Position numbers and translations under genes: made by a program. 64,000 nt of DNA from Gemmatimonadota bacterium. Lineage in GTDB: Bacteria > JBHIER01 > G020348925. Where the stretch lies: assembly GCA_020348925.1 (NCBI GenBank), contig CP070758.1:2309688-2373687 (forward strand). Direction: 5' to 3'. This document shows positions 10,701-19,900 of this stretch, piece by piece; position 1 is the first letter of the stretch; every line of letters starts with the position of its first letter. The notes below the pieces were generated by a model. The model was not told where the DNA came from. It was given only the letters and a program-made list of their open reading frames with translations, and searched no databases.

Positions 10701-10865
10701 CAAAAAGTGAGGGCGCTTGTGGACGAGTACCATGCGTCAGGACGATATACAGTCCTGTGGGATGGCCGGGATGACCTCGGCCGAAAAGTTGCCAGCGGGA
10801 TCTACTTGGCTGTTCTTCGCTCAGGAACACGTCTTGATAGCAAGAAGATGATTTTACTGAAATAA
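1767..10865 (+). CDS. Giant secreted protein (~3030 aa): signal peptide, N-terminal cohesin-like domain, 25 ASH/choice-of-anchor-D Ig repeats, FN3-like domain, T9SS type-A/FlgD-Ig CTD
   Basis: SD GGGAGG before ATG 1767 (ORF track starts at 1692). Signal MRKTVLGIFFFFIVAG. Cohesin-like VYGVQFRLAYNPQVL..GSIADFHFDV..DGVFSI. Repeats of the form DFGxVxxG..xSNxG..FxPxxxG..SNDPDE..LxGxG, counted by eye. CTD LAQNYPNPFNPDT..SKKMILLK. Confidence 0.9.
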   Translation: MRKTVLGIFFFFIVAGSGIIDHGIAQVQKNPNDYLQDATLSVESEAGIPGSTDNVVSIFMNNGVSVYGVQFRLAYNPQVLDVTDVTRTTRTNHVIIFGWGEPEPGIVEVAIADVSAPVAGTSGSIADFHFDVPPSVRCGDFDMTLSNVIITDVSGDSLAGGFDWFDGVFSISLAGREIALSDTEHNFGLVNTGSSAQWDLTIYNDGEDPLEVTNIVSSHPDYTVDMMSFFVGSCDSQQVEVTFSPAAGGIIAGQLTVSSDDPDEPTVQVNLTGEGCVPPEIDTDSVSVYFGEVPLGGFADATIIVYNLGCQTLDVDDVDITGADAMQFSIESGGAPFSVLAGQSEIIEVRFSPTSCGAQTAQLEIDSDDPDEGTIILPLTGDGTSVPNIAVTPLTVDFGVVDVGSVVDTTITVENTGCLDLVVDDVSIDGPDAGNFSIIFGGDPFTLNYGESHDIQIQFEPTAGGSKSGARNPLLAKNATLHVQSNDPDQGVTDIPLAGTECEYPDIQLNLTDVDFGVVNMPQWKDTTIVVSNDSCQTLDVGVTNVVGDDADNFDIIGGGAPFSVATGNTHNIDIRFTPSSDGPKNAVLQIFNTAPGKSPANVNLSGDGCSQPDIDVIPDAGDYGVVDIGSYADKSFYVHNLGCQTLEISSIDLGGDDPTQFSILGDDSFSLAEGDSQEVVVRFEPTSPGAKNAVMQVHSNDPDEGTFNVDLIGGVCGVQDIAGNPLSWDYGKVNLGDDGDKIFTVSNVGCQSLTVTGTALVGADSDQFSYFSGEGGFTLGQGETHDIGIRFSPTSGGNKNATLQINSDDPDEATVEIDLTGEGCESPDIEAEPIVWDFGEVNEGAFAQKIFTISNDSCQTLHVTATDLVGGNSEFTFVSGGGEFWVVPGGTHQIRIQFAPESGGTKSAILRIHSNDPDEDPFNIPLDGEGCEAPDIDVNFTSIDFGAVDGGLSVDTTVTVSNDSCQTLQVTQATITGADAEEFEVVVGGGGFQVPQGQNQPVVVRFAPVNPGAKNAILRITNNDPDEGTKDIPLSGFANAPDIELSATSHNYGNVNLGGFADWVLVVSNVGNKNLSVSNIVSNSADFVITSPVSFPVVIAASGNVNVTVRFTPSTGGTRVANLTITSNDPDEPSRNVSFTGVGCVLPNITVDPTSYNYGKVALGGYKDKTFVVSNIGCQNLNVSSTSITGPDASRYTISSGGGAFTLGKGQTRNVVIRFAPVTGGSKTAIFQIVSNDPDEDTVKVTLQGEGCVSPNIVVDPTTWDFGTVNVGSFSDIIIIVSNTGCQDLVVSGANLVGGNPDQFSIRSGGGGFTVSSGQTRNIEVRFSPTSGGIKNAGVQILSNDPDQGGVIVTLTGRGCPFQDISITPASWDFGIVDLGNYEEKTFVVSNQGCQDLQVLGTNLVGADSDHFDIMSGGGAYSIAGDDTHDVVIRFTPTTSGAKSIVLRITSDDPDEGTYDVTITGGVCSHPDIETNPGSWNYGSVAIGDYEEKTVTVSNTGCQVLSLTGIGLVGANTNQFSITSGNITIDLNHGETHNVVIRFSPTSEGTKSAGLRISSNDPDESTLTVPLNGYGCGDPDIDVDPASVSYGSVNVGSSSDRTITISNVGCQVLNISATTLTGTHATQFDVVSGGGGSTIVSGGARNLIVRFTPTSGGAKTATLQILSDDPDEGTVLVPLTGSGCAEANISLNPLVKNYGTVSVGSSSPGTFVVSNTGCQDLQVTATTILGTNHTQFQIESGGGFFTVGSGLSHNIVVRFVPTSGGFKEATLRILSNDPDQGAVEASLSGTGCSYSDISVNPTSWNFNRIDVGNFNEKVFEVANVGCQNLVVSSTSIVGSDPSQFLIAAGGGGFTLGEGQTHEILIQFVPTSGGSKSAVFQIQSNDPDESIRNISLSGEGCPYQDISVNPTSWNFGTVDIGSFVEKIFVLSNVGCQTLQVTGMNLEGPHMDQFSIVNGDGSFTLVGGETRNVVVRFTPTSGGGKTATLRISSNDPDELGLEVQLSGGVCLGTDITVDPTSLDFGVVNVSLGTQRTAVVSNTGCQLLQVSSVTVTGSDAVHFSVVSGGGSFSIPQGESHNVIVGFVPLSGGGKNAILQILSNDPDEGTKNVPLSGTGCSQPDIAVNPSSWNYSGVAIGDHADKVFIVSNEGCQNLLVSGTTLVGPDASQFAITGGGVFTVVPGGAHSVVVTFSPTSGGVKTASLLIHSNDPDEEEYTVPLTGGALSADIQLSATSHDFDGAPIGQPQYWILEISNVGDGHLTVTSILTDRTDFIVSYPTFPQIVPPGAFVSVAIVFTPSVSGLITGNLTIASNDLDEPTRIVSLRGLGLVPDIELSETRHDFGGVAVGSTTQWILTVTNSGTGDLNVSALGSDNPVFAVDVPSFTVASGGSRLVTVTFSPTAEGLTTGQITVRSNDPDEPVRSVILTGEGLVPDIEVVTSHNFGEVPLGNFGQWTMTVSNMGTGPLIVSGIGSDHPAFTTSPINFTVMPGSSYDAIVTFTPSQGGAASGQITIVSNDPDEGMVVVYVLGNGLVPDISVPVTTYDFGGVDVGDSTTWDFNVQNLGTGDLVVTSILSNKADFIVEPKSFTVPPGAYQVVTVTFLPSIGGLISGQLDISSSDPDEPTVALSLTGTGLEPDIDLSATSHDYNGIPLGQSANWILTVFNVGTGELTVNDIVSSNAAFHVDITSFVVMPSGSRNVTVTLTPPMEGSVSGQLTIYSNDPDEPTVSVMLNGAGLTPDIEIPVTAHDFGNVEVNTSAAWTLLIENVGGADLVVTDVRSDNPAMTVALSLPLILSPRSSEHVPVTFSPTEAVTYEGQLTVTSDDPDEPNITISLTGVGVGVSVHVNNFDVLAYQGVVLLRWSIGAAHDCMGFHLYRSESSDDDYERLTHFLVPLIVNGNYTYRDASITADGTYYYRLGAMDLNGGEEDMGFVVVRVVGFTPSDFGLAQNYPNPFNPDTRITYTLPESERVTLFLYNTLGQKVRALVDEYHASGRYTVLWDGRDDLGRKVASGIYLAVLRSGTRLDSKKMILLK

Positions 10866-10973
10866 ATAATCTATGCGGGGGGGTCGTAGGAATGGCGTTT
10901 TTATTCATGCTTTTCTGTGTTTTCAACAAAATCAAAGATTATGGTGCATGATGCGAGTGAAAGGAGACTCAGG

Positions 10974-13900
10974 ATGACTAAGAGAGGAACTGCATGCGTC
11001 ATCGTACTCATTCTTGTGTTTGGAGTGCTCTCAATGGGAGAAGTATTTGCCCAAAGTCCTACTCCACTGCCTGAGATTCATCTGTCGACAAGCAGCCATG
11101 ACTATGGCTTGGTGAAAGTGGGATACAGTCAGGACTGGGTGCTTCGGGTTGCGAATCGCGGTCTGGGACGATTGACGATTTTCGATATCACTTCTGATCA
11201 TCCCGATTTTCAAATTTCAGATCCGGTAAGCTTTCCTCAATATGTCAACTATTCTGGGGGGAGGACTCCGGACAGTCTTTTCGTGACGGTTACGTTTACT
11301 CCTTCCACAGTCGGTGAAATCACCGGGCGACTGACCGTTCTGAGCAATGATGCTGATGAGGGGACTTTATACGTCTCCCTCGAAGGACAGGGGACAGCTC
11401 CTGATATTAATATTTTTGAAGTGATCCACGATTTCAATGGGGTCGTTGTCGGCAGCGCTTTAGACTGGACGCTTGTCGTTCATAATACGGGCCCGGTCGA
11501 TCTCGTTCTGACGGAAATTACTTCGAGTAATCCCAATTTTATAGTGGTCGTGCCGAATCATTTCCCGGAGTCCATTCCTCCCGGAGGTCGGATTGATGTT
11601 GTCATCAGTTTTGCTCCAATTTCGGGCGGTGTAAAAACAGGCAACCTCATTATCCGCAGTGATGATCCTGATGAGAGCGTTTATTATGTGTCATTATTGG
11701 GAGAAGGATTGGCGGCGGATATTGATGTATCGACAATGGCCTATGATTTTGGCGAGCTTATGTCAGGGACGTCATCATCTTGGGAACTTACGGTCTATAA
11801 TAGGGGAACATTGGATCTCATTATTAGCCAGGCGATTATTTCGCCCCCGATTTTTTCCGTCGTTTCGCCCCTCTTTCCTCAAACGGTGGAACCGAATGGA
11901 AGTCTGACTGTGGAAATCGTGGTCAGTCCGGAGGCAGTGGGGGACATCGACGGAACCTTGACGTTGCGCAGTAACGATCCTGACGAGAGTGAGCTCATTG
12001 TGTCATTGACAGGGACGGTGATTCCCAGATCACCTGATATTGTCCTGTCAGCCGTGAGTCATAACTTTGGCGATGTCCTTCTGTCCTCATCAGTGACGTG
12101 GGATTTTCAAATTCAAAATACAGGTCTGATCGATCTGACAGTGAATTCCATTCTCTCAGATCAGGCTGAGTTCTCCATCCTCACGCCTTCGTTTCCTCAG
12201 CAGGTTGCTCCGGACGAAAGCCTCAACGTCACGGTTGCTTTTACCCCTACAGCAGTGGGAGCTCGATCCGGAATTCTCACAGTGAGGAGTGATGATCCTG
12301 ACCAAGGAGTGCTGACGCTTTCAATTTTTGGTCGCGGTGTTGCTCCGAAAGTTGAGGTGTCGGCCAGGAGTTATGATTTTGGAAACGTCCTGGTGGGAAG
12401 CTCTTCCGCCTGGAATGTAACGCTCTCGAATGTCGGTACAGCGGATTTGGTCATTGAATCCGTTGTCTCTTCGCATTCCAATTTTCTTGTGGCCGATGCT
12501 CAATTTCCGAGAACGATCCCTCCAGGTGGCAGCATAATACAGACCGTTCTCTTTACACCGTCTTCGTTGGGTCTGATAGCGGGGAACCTGACCGTCAACA
12601 CAAATGATCCCGATGAATCCGTGCTCCTCATCGCTCTGAATGGTATCGGTGTGAAACCCGACATTTATGTATCGGCGGACAGCCACGATTTTGGCGATGT
12701 GCACTTAGGCAGTTCCGGGTATTGGGATTTAGGGATTCAAAATTTGGGAACGGCACCCTTGACCGTAACCGGGCTCTTTTCGAGCGCCTCCTCATTCACC
12801 GTCTCTGCTCCCTCCTTTCCCCAGACGGTGGATCCCGGGGAAATTCTTTCCGTGACAGTGGTCTTTACTCCGGCGAGTCTTGGAGAGATTACCGGGAACC
12901 TAACAATTATCAGCAACGACCCGGAGCAGGAGACGCTCGTGGTTCAAGTGCGCGGCACCGGCTCAGCACCTCCTGCGCCCCGCATTCACATATCCGAGAA
13001 CACGCATGACTTTGACTTGGTAAACCTTGGGGCATCGACCGAATGGCGGGTTACGGTATATAATAGGGGCGACCTCGATCTCATCGTCAGCAGTGCGAGC
13101 TCAGACAATCCCGATTTTCAAGTTATCAGTCCACCAGTATTTCCCAACAGCATTGATCCCCTGTCCCACATGCACATCACAATTGCCTTTGCGCCTTCTG
13201 GAGCCGGCACGCGCACGGGCCACATCACCATCGGGAGCAACGATCCGGACAGAGCGCTTGTTTCACTCGCGGTTGCGGGATACGGCTCTGCTCCTGAAAT
13301 TGAACTCTCCTCTTTGAGCCACGACTACGGAAAGGTGCTGCTTTTAAATCCTGAGCCTTGGACGATGAGGGTTACGAATCAGGGCTCGAAGGATTTGCTC
13401 GTCACAGAAATTACCTCCGATCAGGAGGAGTTCATTATTGCATCAGCGGGCTTTCCCCGAACCTTGCCGCCGGGCACGAACCTGGATGTGGTGGTGACCT
13501 TTCTTCCCCAGGTGGAGGGGGAGAGAAGGGGCACAGTGACGGTGTTCAGCAACGATCCGAACGAACCGTTGCTCACAGTTCCGGTCGTCGGTGTCGGGGC
13601 GAGTTCCAAAATACACGTCTCGGAATTCGATCATGATTTTGGTTTGACCGCCGTGGGTGATACATCACTCTGGACCATTATTGTCACAAATGTGGGTGAG
13701 GAAGATCTTGTGGTCGACAACATCACATCCTCCCATCCGGATTTCATCGTTCTTTCTCCGCGCTTTCCACAGAGGATCACCTATTATTGTGGTATTGAAG
13801 TGACTCTTGCTTTTGTCCCATCATCGGACGGTCAGAAGAGAGGACATCTGTCCGTGAACAACAATGATTCCTTTCAGCCCTGCGCACCGCTCGAGCTTGT

Positions 13901-16900
13901 TGGGATTGGTATTGCGCCGGACATTGCGTTCTCGACCCTCAGTCAGAACTTCGGGGATGTTCTTCTGGGGCAGTCTCGTTCAGGGAGATTTCGGATCTCA
14001 AATGTGGGGACCATAGATCTGGTCGTGGACAGCATCGTCTCGAATCACACCGATTTCTCAATCACCTCGCCTGCCTTTCCGCAGGTGATAGGCCCGGGCG
14101 GTGAGATTGAAGTGACAACGCGATTTGCTCCCACCGCCCTGGGTGAGCGGACGGGTCATTTTACAGCGTACAGCGATGATTATGATGAGGCTCAACAACT
14201 CATTGATGTGAGGGGTCGGGGCGTCTCCCCGGAGATCGAACTCTCGGCATGGAGCCACGACTTCGGGCAGATCTGGGCCGGCGATTGTACCCTCTGGTCC
14301 TTCACCATTACGAATCAGGGAAGCTTCGATCTCCTCATCTCCGATATTGCGTGCGCTCTTCCGGAATACGCGATCGTCGGCGTCACATTTCCCCAGAAGA
14401 TCTACCCCCGCTGTGAGCTTGAGGTGCCCATCTCCTTCTGTCCCCAAGCCGTGGGTGTTGTGGGGTGCGACCTCGTCATCGAGACGAACCATCCCGATGT
14501 CGGCGACGTTACAATACAGTTGATGGGGGAGGGAGTACTGCCCGAAATTGCTGCCTCAGCCCTGGAGCATAATTTCGGAGGTCTGTCCCTCGGTGAATCG
14601 GCCGATTGGGTCCTGACGGTCTCGAACAGCGGGACCGCGCAGTTGACTGTTGCGAGTATCGTATTGACGAATACGGTCGATTTTGCGATACCCGAATACA
14701 CCTTTCCTGTCCTCCTTGATCCTCAGGGATCGTTGGACGTTCCCATTGTCTTTGAACCACAAACTTCGACCCACAAGGAATCCGATCTTATTATTACGAG
14801 CGATGATCCGTTCAATCCTGTCGTGAGCGTTCATCTGAGAGGAAAGGGATTGGTCAAGGATATTCTTCTTTCTGACAAAAGTCATGACTTCGGCTCCGTC
14901 GCTGTTGGCCAACGATCTGATTGGTCCTTCACCATTACGAATCTTGGACAACTTCCTCTTGACATAACCGAGGTTATTCCGAGTCTTTCCGATTTTAGGG
15001 TGACTGCCCCACTTTTTCCCCACACTATTGAGGGTGGCAGAAACGTCGAGGTGACCGTTTCCTTCGTTCCGACCGATATCGGGATTCGATCGGGGACTCT
15101 TGAAATTCAGAGCACGGACCCTGACGAGGGATCGATGATTGTGACCCTGGTTGGTGTGGGGTTCGCTCCTGATATCGGGCTGTCCGCTTACAACTATGAT
15201 TTTGGCCAGGTGTTGGTTGGAGAGTGTGTGCAGTGGCCGATGCGGGTCAATAATACCGGAACCTTCGACCTTGAGGTTTCAAGCATAACCCTGAATCATC
15301 CGGATTTCAATGTTCAGGGTCCAACCCTACCTTTTTCCATTGGACCGGGCAACAGCCAGGAGTTGATCGTAACCTACTGTCCGTCTGCCGCCGAAACCGA
15401 AGAATGCAGTCTCAGCATGTGTGTCGATGGTCTCCTTGATCGATGTGTGTCCGTTGATCTCAGGGGGACTGGTATTGTACCGGATATTGCTTTCTCAGCA
15501 CCGAGTCATAATTATGGTCCTGTCTATGTCGGGGGGACCTCCAATTGGGTCCTCATGATTTTGAACGTGGGAACCGCTGATCTCACCGTGTCCGGTGTCG
15601 TTTCCGAGGGAGGTGCATTCGTGGTCACGGCTCCCACTTTTCCCCGGACGATCCCGCCGGAGGGATCGGTGGGTGTCGTGGTGGCCTTTACGCCTGAGGA
15701 GGTTGGGGCCGTCTCGGGGAATCTTGTCGTGAGCAGTGATGATCCTAACGAATCGGAGGTGACGATCCCCCTGGAAGGGTCGGGGGTTCTTCCGCAGTTC
15801 ATTGTTTCGGACACCTTCCATGATTTCGGAAACGTTATCACCGGAGATTCGGCGACATGGTCATTCACCGTCTCGAATGCTGGCGGCGCGCGAATGACGA
15901 TTTCTGCGATTGCGTCCGACAATGCCGATTTCAGTATTACGGGGCCTGCTTTCCCACGAACTTTAGAACCTGATGGGACGGTGGATGTCGGCGTACTCTT
16001 TGCCCCGCGCTCCTCGGGAGAAAAGTCCGGGATTCTGTCGATAACGACGGACGATCCCAGTGCACCGGTCTTCGCCATAGAATTGACGGGTAAGGCTGTC
16101 GTCACCGGTTTCCAGTTGTCTGAGAACCAGCATGATTACGGCAAGGTTCTCGTGGGCCAGACCTCAGCGTGGACAATGATTCTTTCAAACGGCGGCCGGA
16201 CGGAGTTGATGGTTCTGAGCATAGGGTCAGACCTGCCCGAATACGTGGTCATATCCGATGAGTTTCCCCTGGCTATCGCCCCCCAGGAGAGTATCGAGGT
16301 GGGCGTCGATTTTACGCCTTGGGTCATGGGAATCTTCGACGGTACCCTGACCATAGAGATATTGGATTTCGGCGACGATCCGCCGACGGTCCAGCTGACA
16401 GGGGAGGGCGTCCAGCAGGATATCGAGGTGCTTGAGCTCTCCCATGATTACGGCAACGTGGTGGTCGGTGATTCCTCTTCCTGGTTTTTAACGATAAATA
16501 ACGCGGGGACCGCGGACCTGATCATTGACACCATCTACACGGATCATGATGATTTTCAAGTGGACGGTTTGACATTCCCCATCGTTCTTCCCGCCGACAG
16601 ACTGCCCCCTGTCCCGGACATCCCCGTGACCTTCAAACCTTCATCGGCCGTGGCCGCCGAAGGGCACCTGACTATTTTGAGTGATGATCCTGATGAGGGT
16701 GAGATTGTGGTGACTCTCACAGGATACGGTGTCGACGCCAATGTCTATGCGTCGGATTCGTATCATGATTTCGGGGACGTCCAACTCAGAGGATCGGAGG
16801 AGTGGACCTTCCGACTGTACAATATCGGGAAAAGTGATCTGCGTGTTGAACATGTCCTCTCCGGATGCGAGGCCTTTACGGTGACGGACCCTGAATTTCC

Positions 16901-19900
16901 CCAGACACTTGGGAGTGGAACACAGCTGGATATCACTGTGACCTTCACCCCTTTGACGACCGACCTTGTGACCTGCACGCTGAATGTCCTCACCGACGAT
17001 CCTGACGAGGGCGTTTTGAATGTCGTCGTTACCGGCCGCGGGGTCGGACGGGGGATCGCCGTCACGGTCAGAGGGATCGGATTCGGGCCGGTCCGCATCG
17101 GCAGTTCGGTGGTCAGGACATTGACCGTGTATAATAATGGGTTGCTCGAGGCAACGGTGGATGATATTTTGTCGACCCATACCGATTTTCAGATTGTTGC
17201 TCCGCTCTTTCCGTACACCATCGGACCGCAGGACAGTGTCGACGTGACGATTGCCTTCACGCCCTCCGAACCGGGTTTGGCTGAGGGTTCCCTGAACATC
17301 GGGAGCAACGATCCGGATCAACCGCTTCTGTCCGTCACGGTACACGGTCAGGGCATCACGCCTGAGATCAACCTCTCGGCTGAGCATCACGACTTCGGAA
17401 AGATTAATGTCGGCAGTTTCTCCAACTGGGTGTTCATGATTCAAAACAGAGGGACGGCCGATCTGGCGGTCAGCTCCGTCCTGTCCGATAATCCGCAATT
17501 GACCGTTGTGTCACCGAACTTCCCCAGGACGATTCCCACGGACGACAGCTGTGGCGTCGTGGTCCGCTTTGCACCTGTGGATATGGGGCCCGCATCGGGC
17601 ACGGTGACGATCATCAGCGATGATCTCGACGAGAGCACGCTCACTGTCGCATTACGGGGTGAAGGTGTTCTTCCGGATATTGCCTTGTCAGCGTTGCATC
17701 ACGATTACGGTGAGGTCGAAGCAGGTGATACGTCCCTCTGGGTGCTGACCGTTTCCAACGTGGGAAGCGCGAATCTTGTGGTGGAGAGCATGTTCAGTGA
17801 TCACTCGGATTTTGCTGTTCTCTCACCGAGTTTCCCCCAGGTCATAGAACCGGAAGCACATGTAATGGTAACAGTGGCCTTTCGCCCCACGTCGGGTCAA
17901 GAACGGAGTGGTCGTCTGTCCGTGTACAGTGATGATCCCGACGAATCGGTGCTGGAAGTGGGCCTCACCGGACGGGGCATTGCCTCGGACGTGCATGTCG
18001 ATGTTCGGGATCATGATTTCGGTGGCGTTGTGGTGGGTGATTCGACGTCGTGGATGCTGCCCCTGCGTAACATCGGCCGGGCATCATTGACCGTTCACAG
18101 TGTGAACACGGAGGGGAAGGATTTTAATGTCGTCTCTCCAATCTTTCCGCAGACGGTTGCACCCGGACAGCATCTTGACGTTTCAATACAATTTCAGCCT
18201 TCGGACTTGGGACCTATCGAGGGAACCGTAACGGTTCTGAGCAGTGATCTCTCTGAACCGACTGTCATAATCCCTGTCCGAGGCGAAGGATTCATTGAGC
18301 CTGTTTTGCAGATCGTAGACGGTTTTGGGGATCCCGGGAGTGCTGGAAATAAAGTATCCGTCCACCTCTATACGCCTCTGGACATCAGTGCTCTTGAGTT
18401 TGGCCTCACATACGATTCGCAGGTTTTGACGATTACTGACGCGCAGCTGGGTGCTGATGCCAGCCACATGGGTATCTTTGATATCGACTTTCCCCTTGCG
18501 AACCGGGTCTTCATTCACATTGGGGATGCGGATGGGGGGGTGATCAGTCCGCGTTCAGGTACTGTAACTGAGTTCACCTTTCAGGTCGCCGCCGAAGCAC
18601 CAATGGGACAACTCCCGTTGGTGCTCACAGATGTGGTCCTCTACGAAGGCGACGGTACCCCGGTGCCGGTTGTCCCTCAAGACGGAGTGTTTACTGTTAC
18701 TCTTCCGGATATCGTCGTACCTCACCGGGTTTACGATTATGGCGATGTCTCTGTGAATCGCCCTGAGGATTGGCCGTGTCCTATGTGGAACTCAGGGACG
18801 AAGGATCTTATTATCAGCGGAATAACGGTGGATCATATCGATTTCTATACGATCGAACCGAGCTTTCCCTGTACCTTAGCGGTCGCCGAGAGCAGTCTTG
18901 TCATTTTCAGATTTGCACCCTCTGCAATCGGCCCAATTTCGGCCTCAGCAATCGTAGAGAGCAATGATCCTGACGAAGGGGCAGTCACAATTTCTCTCGG
19001 TGGCGTGGGGATCAAACCCGATATCTGCATGGGAGAAATTATTCACGATTTTGGTGACGTCCTGGCGGGTACCTCGTTCACCTGGCCGGCTCTCATAGCA
19101 AACTTGGGCAAGGGAGCATTGACGGTTGACAGTATTTTTACGGTCGGATCCGATTTTTCTGTGGAAGCGCTTACCTATCCGTTTGTTGTCATGGAGAGCG
19201 AAAGTATCTTTGTCGGTGTGACCTTTACTCCGGCTCTGGCTGGGGCGATCCGCGGAAGTCTGGTGGTTGTGAGCAACGATCCCGATGAGGAACGGTTTGT
19301 CCTTCCGCTTTGGGGTCGCGGTGTTGCTCCTGACATCGATCTGTCCGCTGTGAGCCACGATTTCGGGGAAGTTGATGTCGGTCAGATAGCCGATGAGGAC
19401 TTTCTCATTTACAACAGGGGAACAGCAGAGTTGACAATAGACTCTTTGAAAGCTCAGCCAGACGCGTTTACGTTCTTTGGGCCGGATTTCCCCGAGACGG
19501 TAGCTCCTGGCGACAGTTTCGCACTGTCGGTCTCCTTTGCTCCGACCTTCATGGGGGAGATCTCAGGCGATCTGACTCTTTTCAGCGACGATCCCGATGA
19601 AGGAGAGTTCATGGTCTTTCTCAGTGGCGTCGGCGCAGCGCCAAAGATTGAATCCTCGGCCACAAGCTATATCTTCGGACGGGTGAAGTTGGGTGAATCT
19701 GAGACGTGGGAATTTCTTATTTCGAATGTGGGAACCCGGGACCTCATTATCGAATCTGTTGAGCCTGATACCTCAGATTATGCGGTGACCGTCGAGGAGG
19801 AGTTTCCCCTTATCCTTGAGCCGGGCGAGGATATTGTGGTGGGTGTGATCTTCCAGCCCTCGGCCGTGGGGATGATCAGCGGCCGATTGATCATACGGTC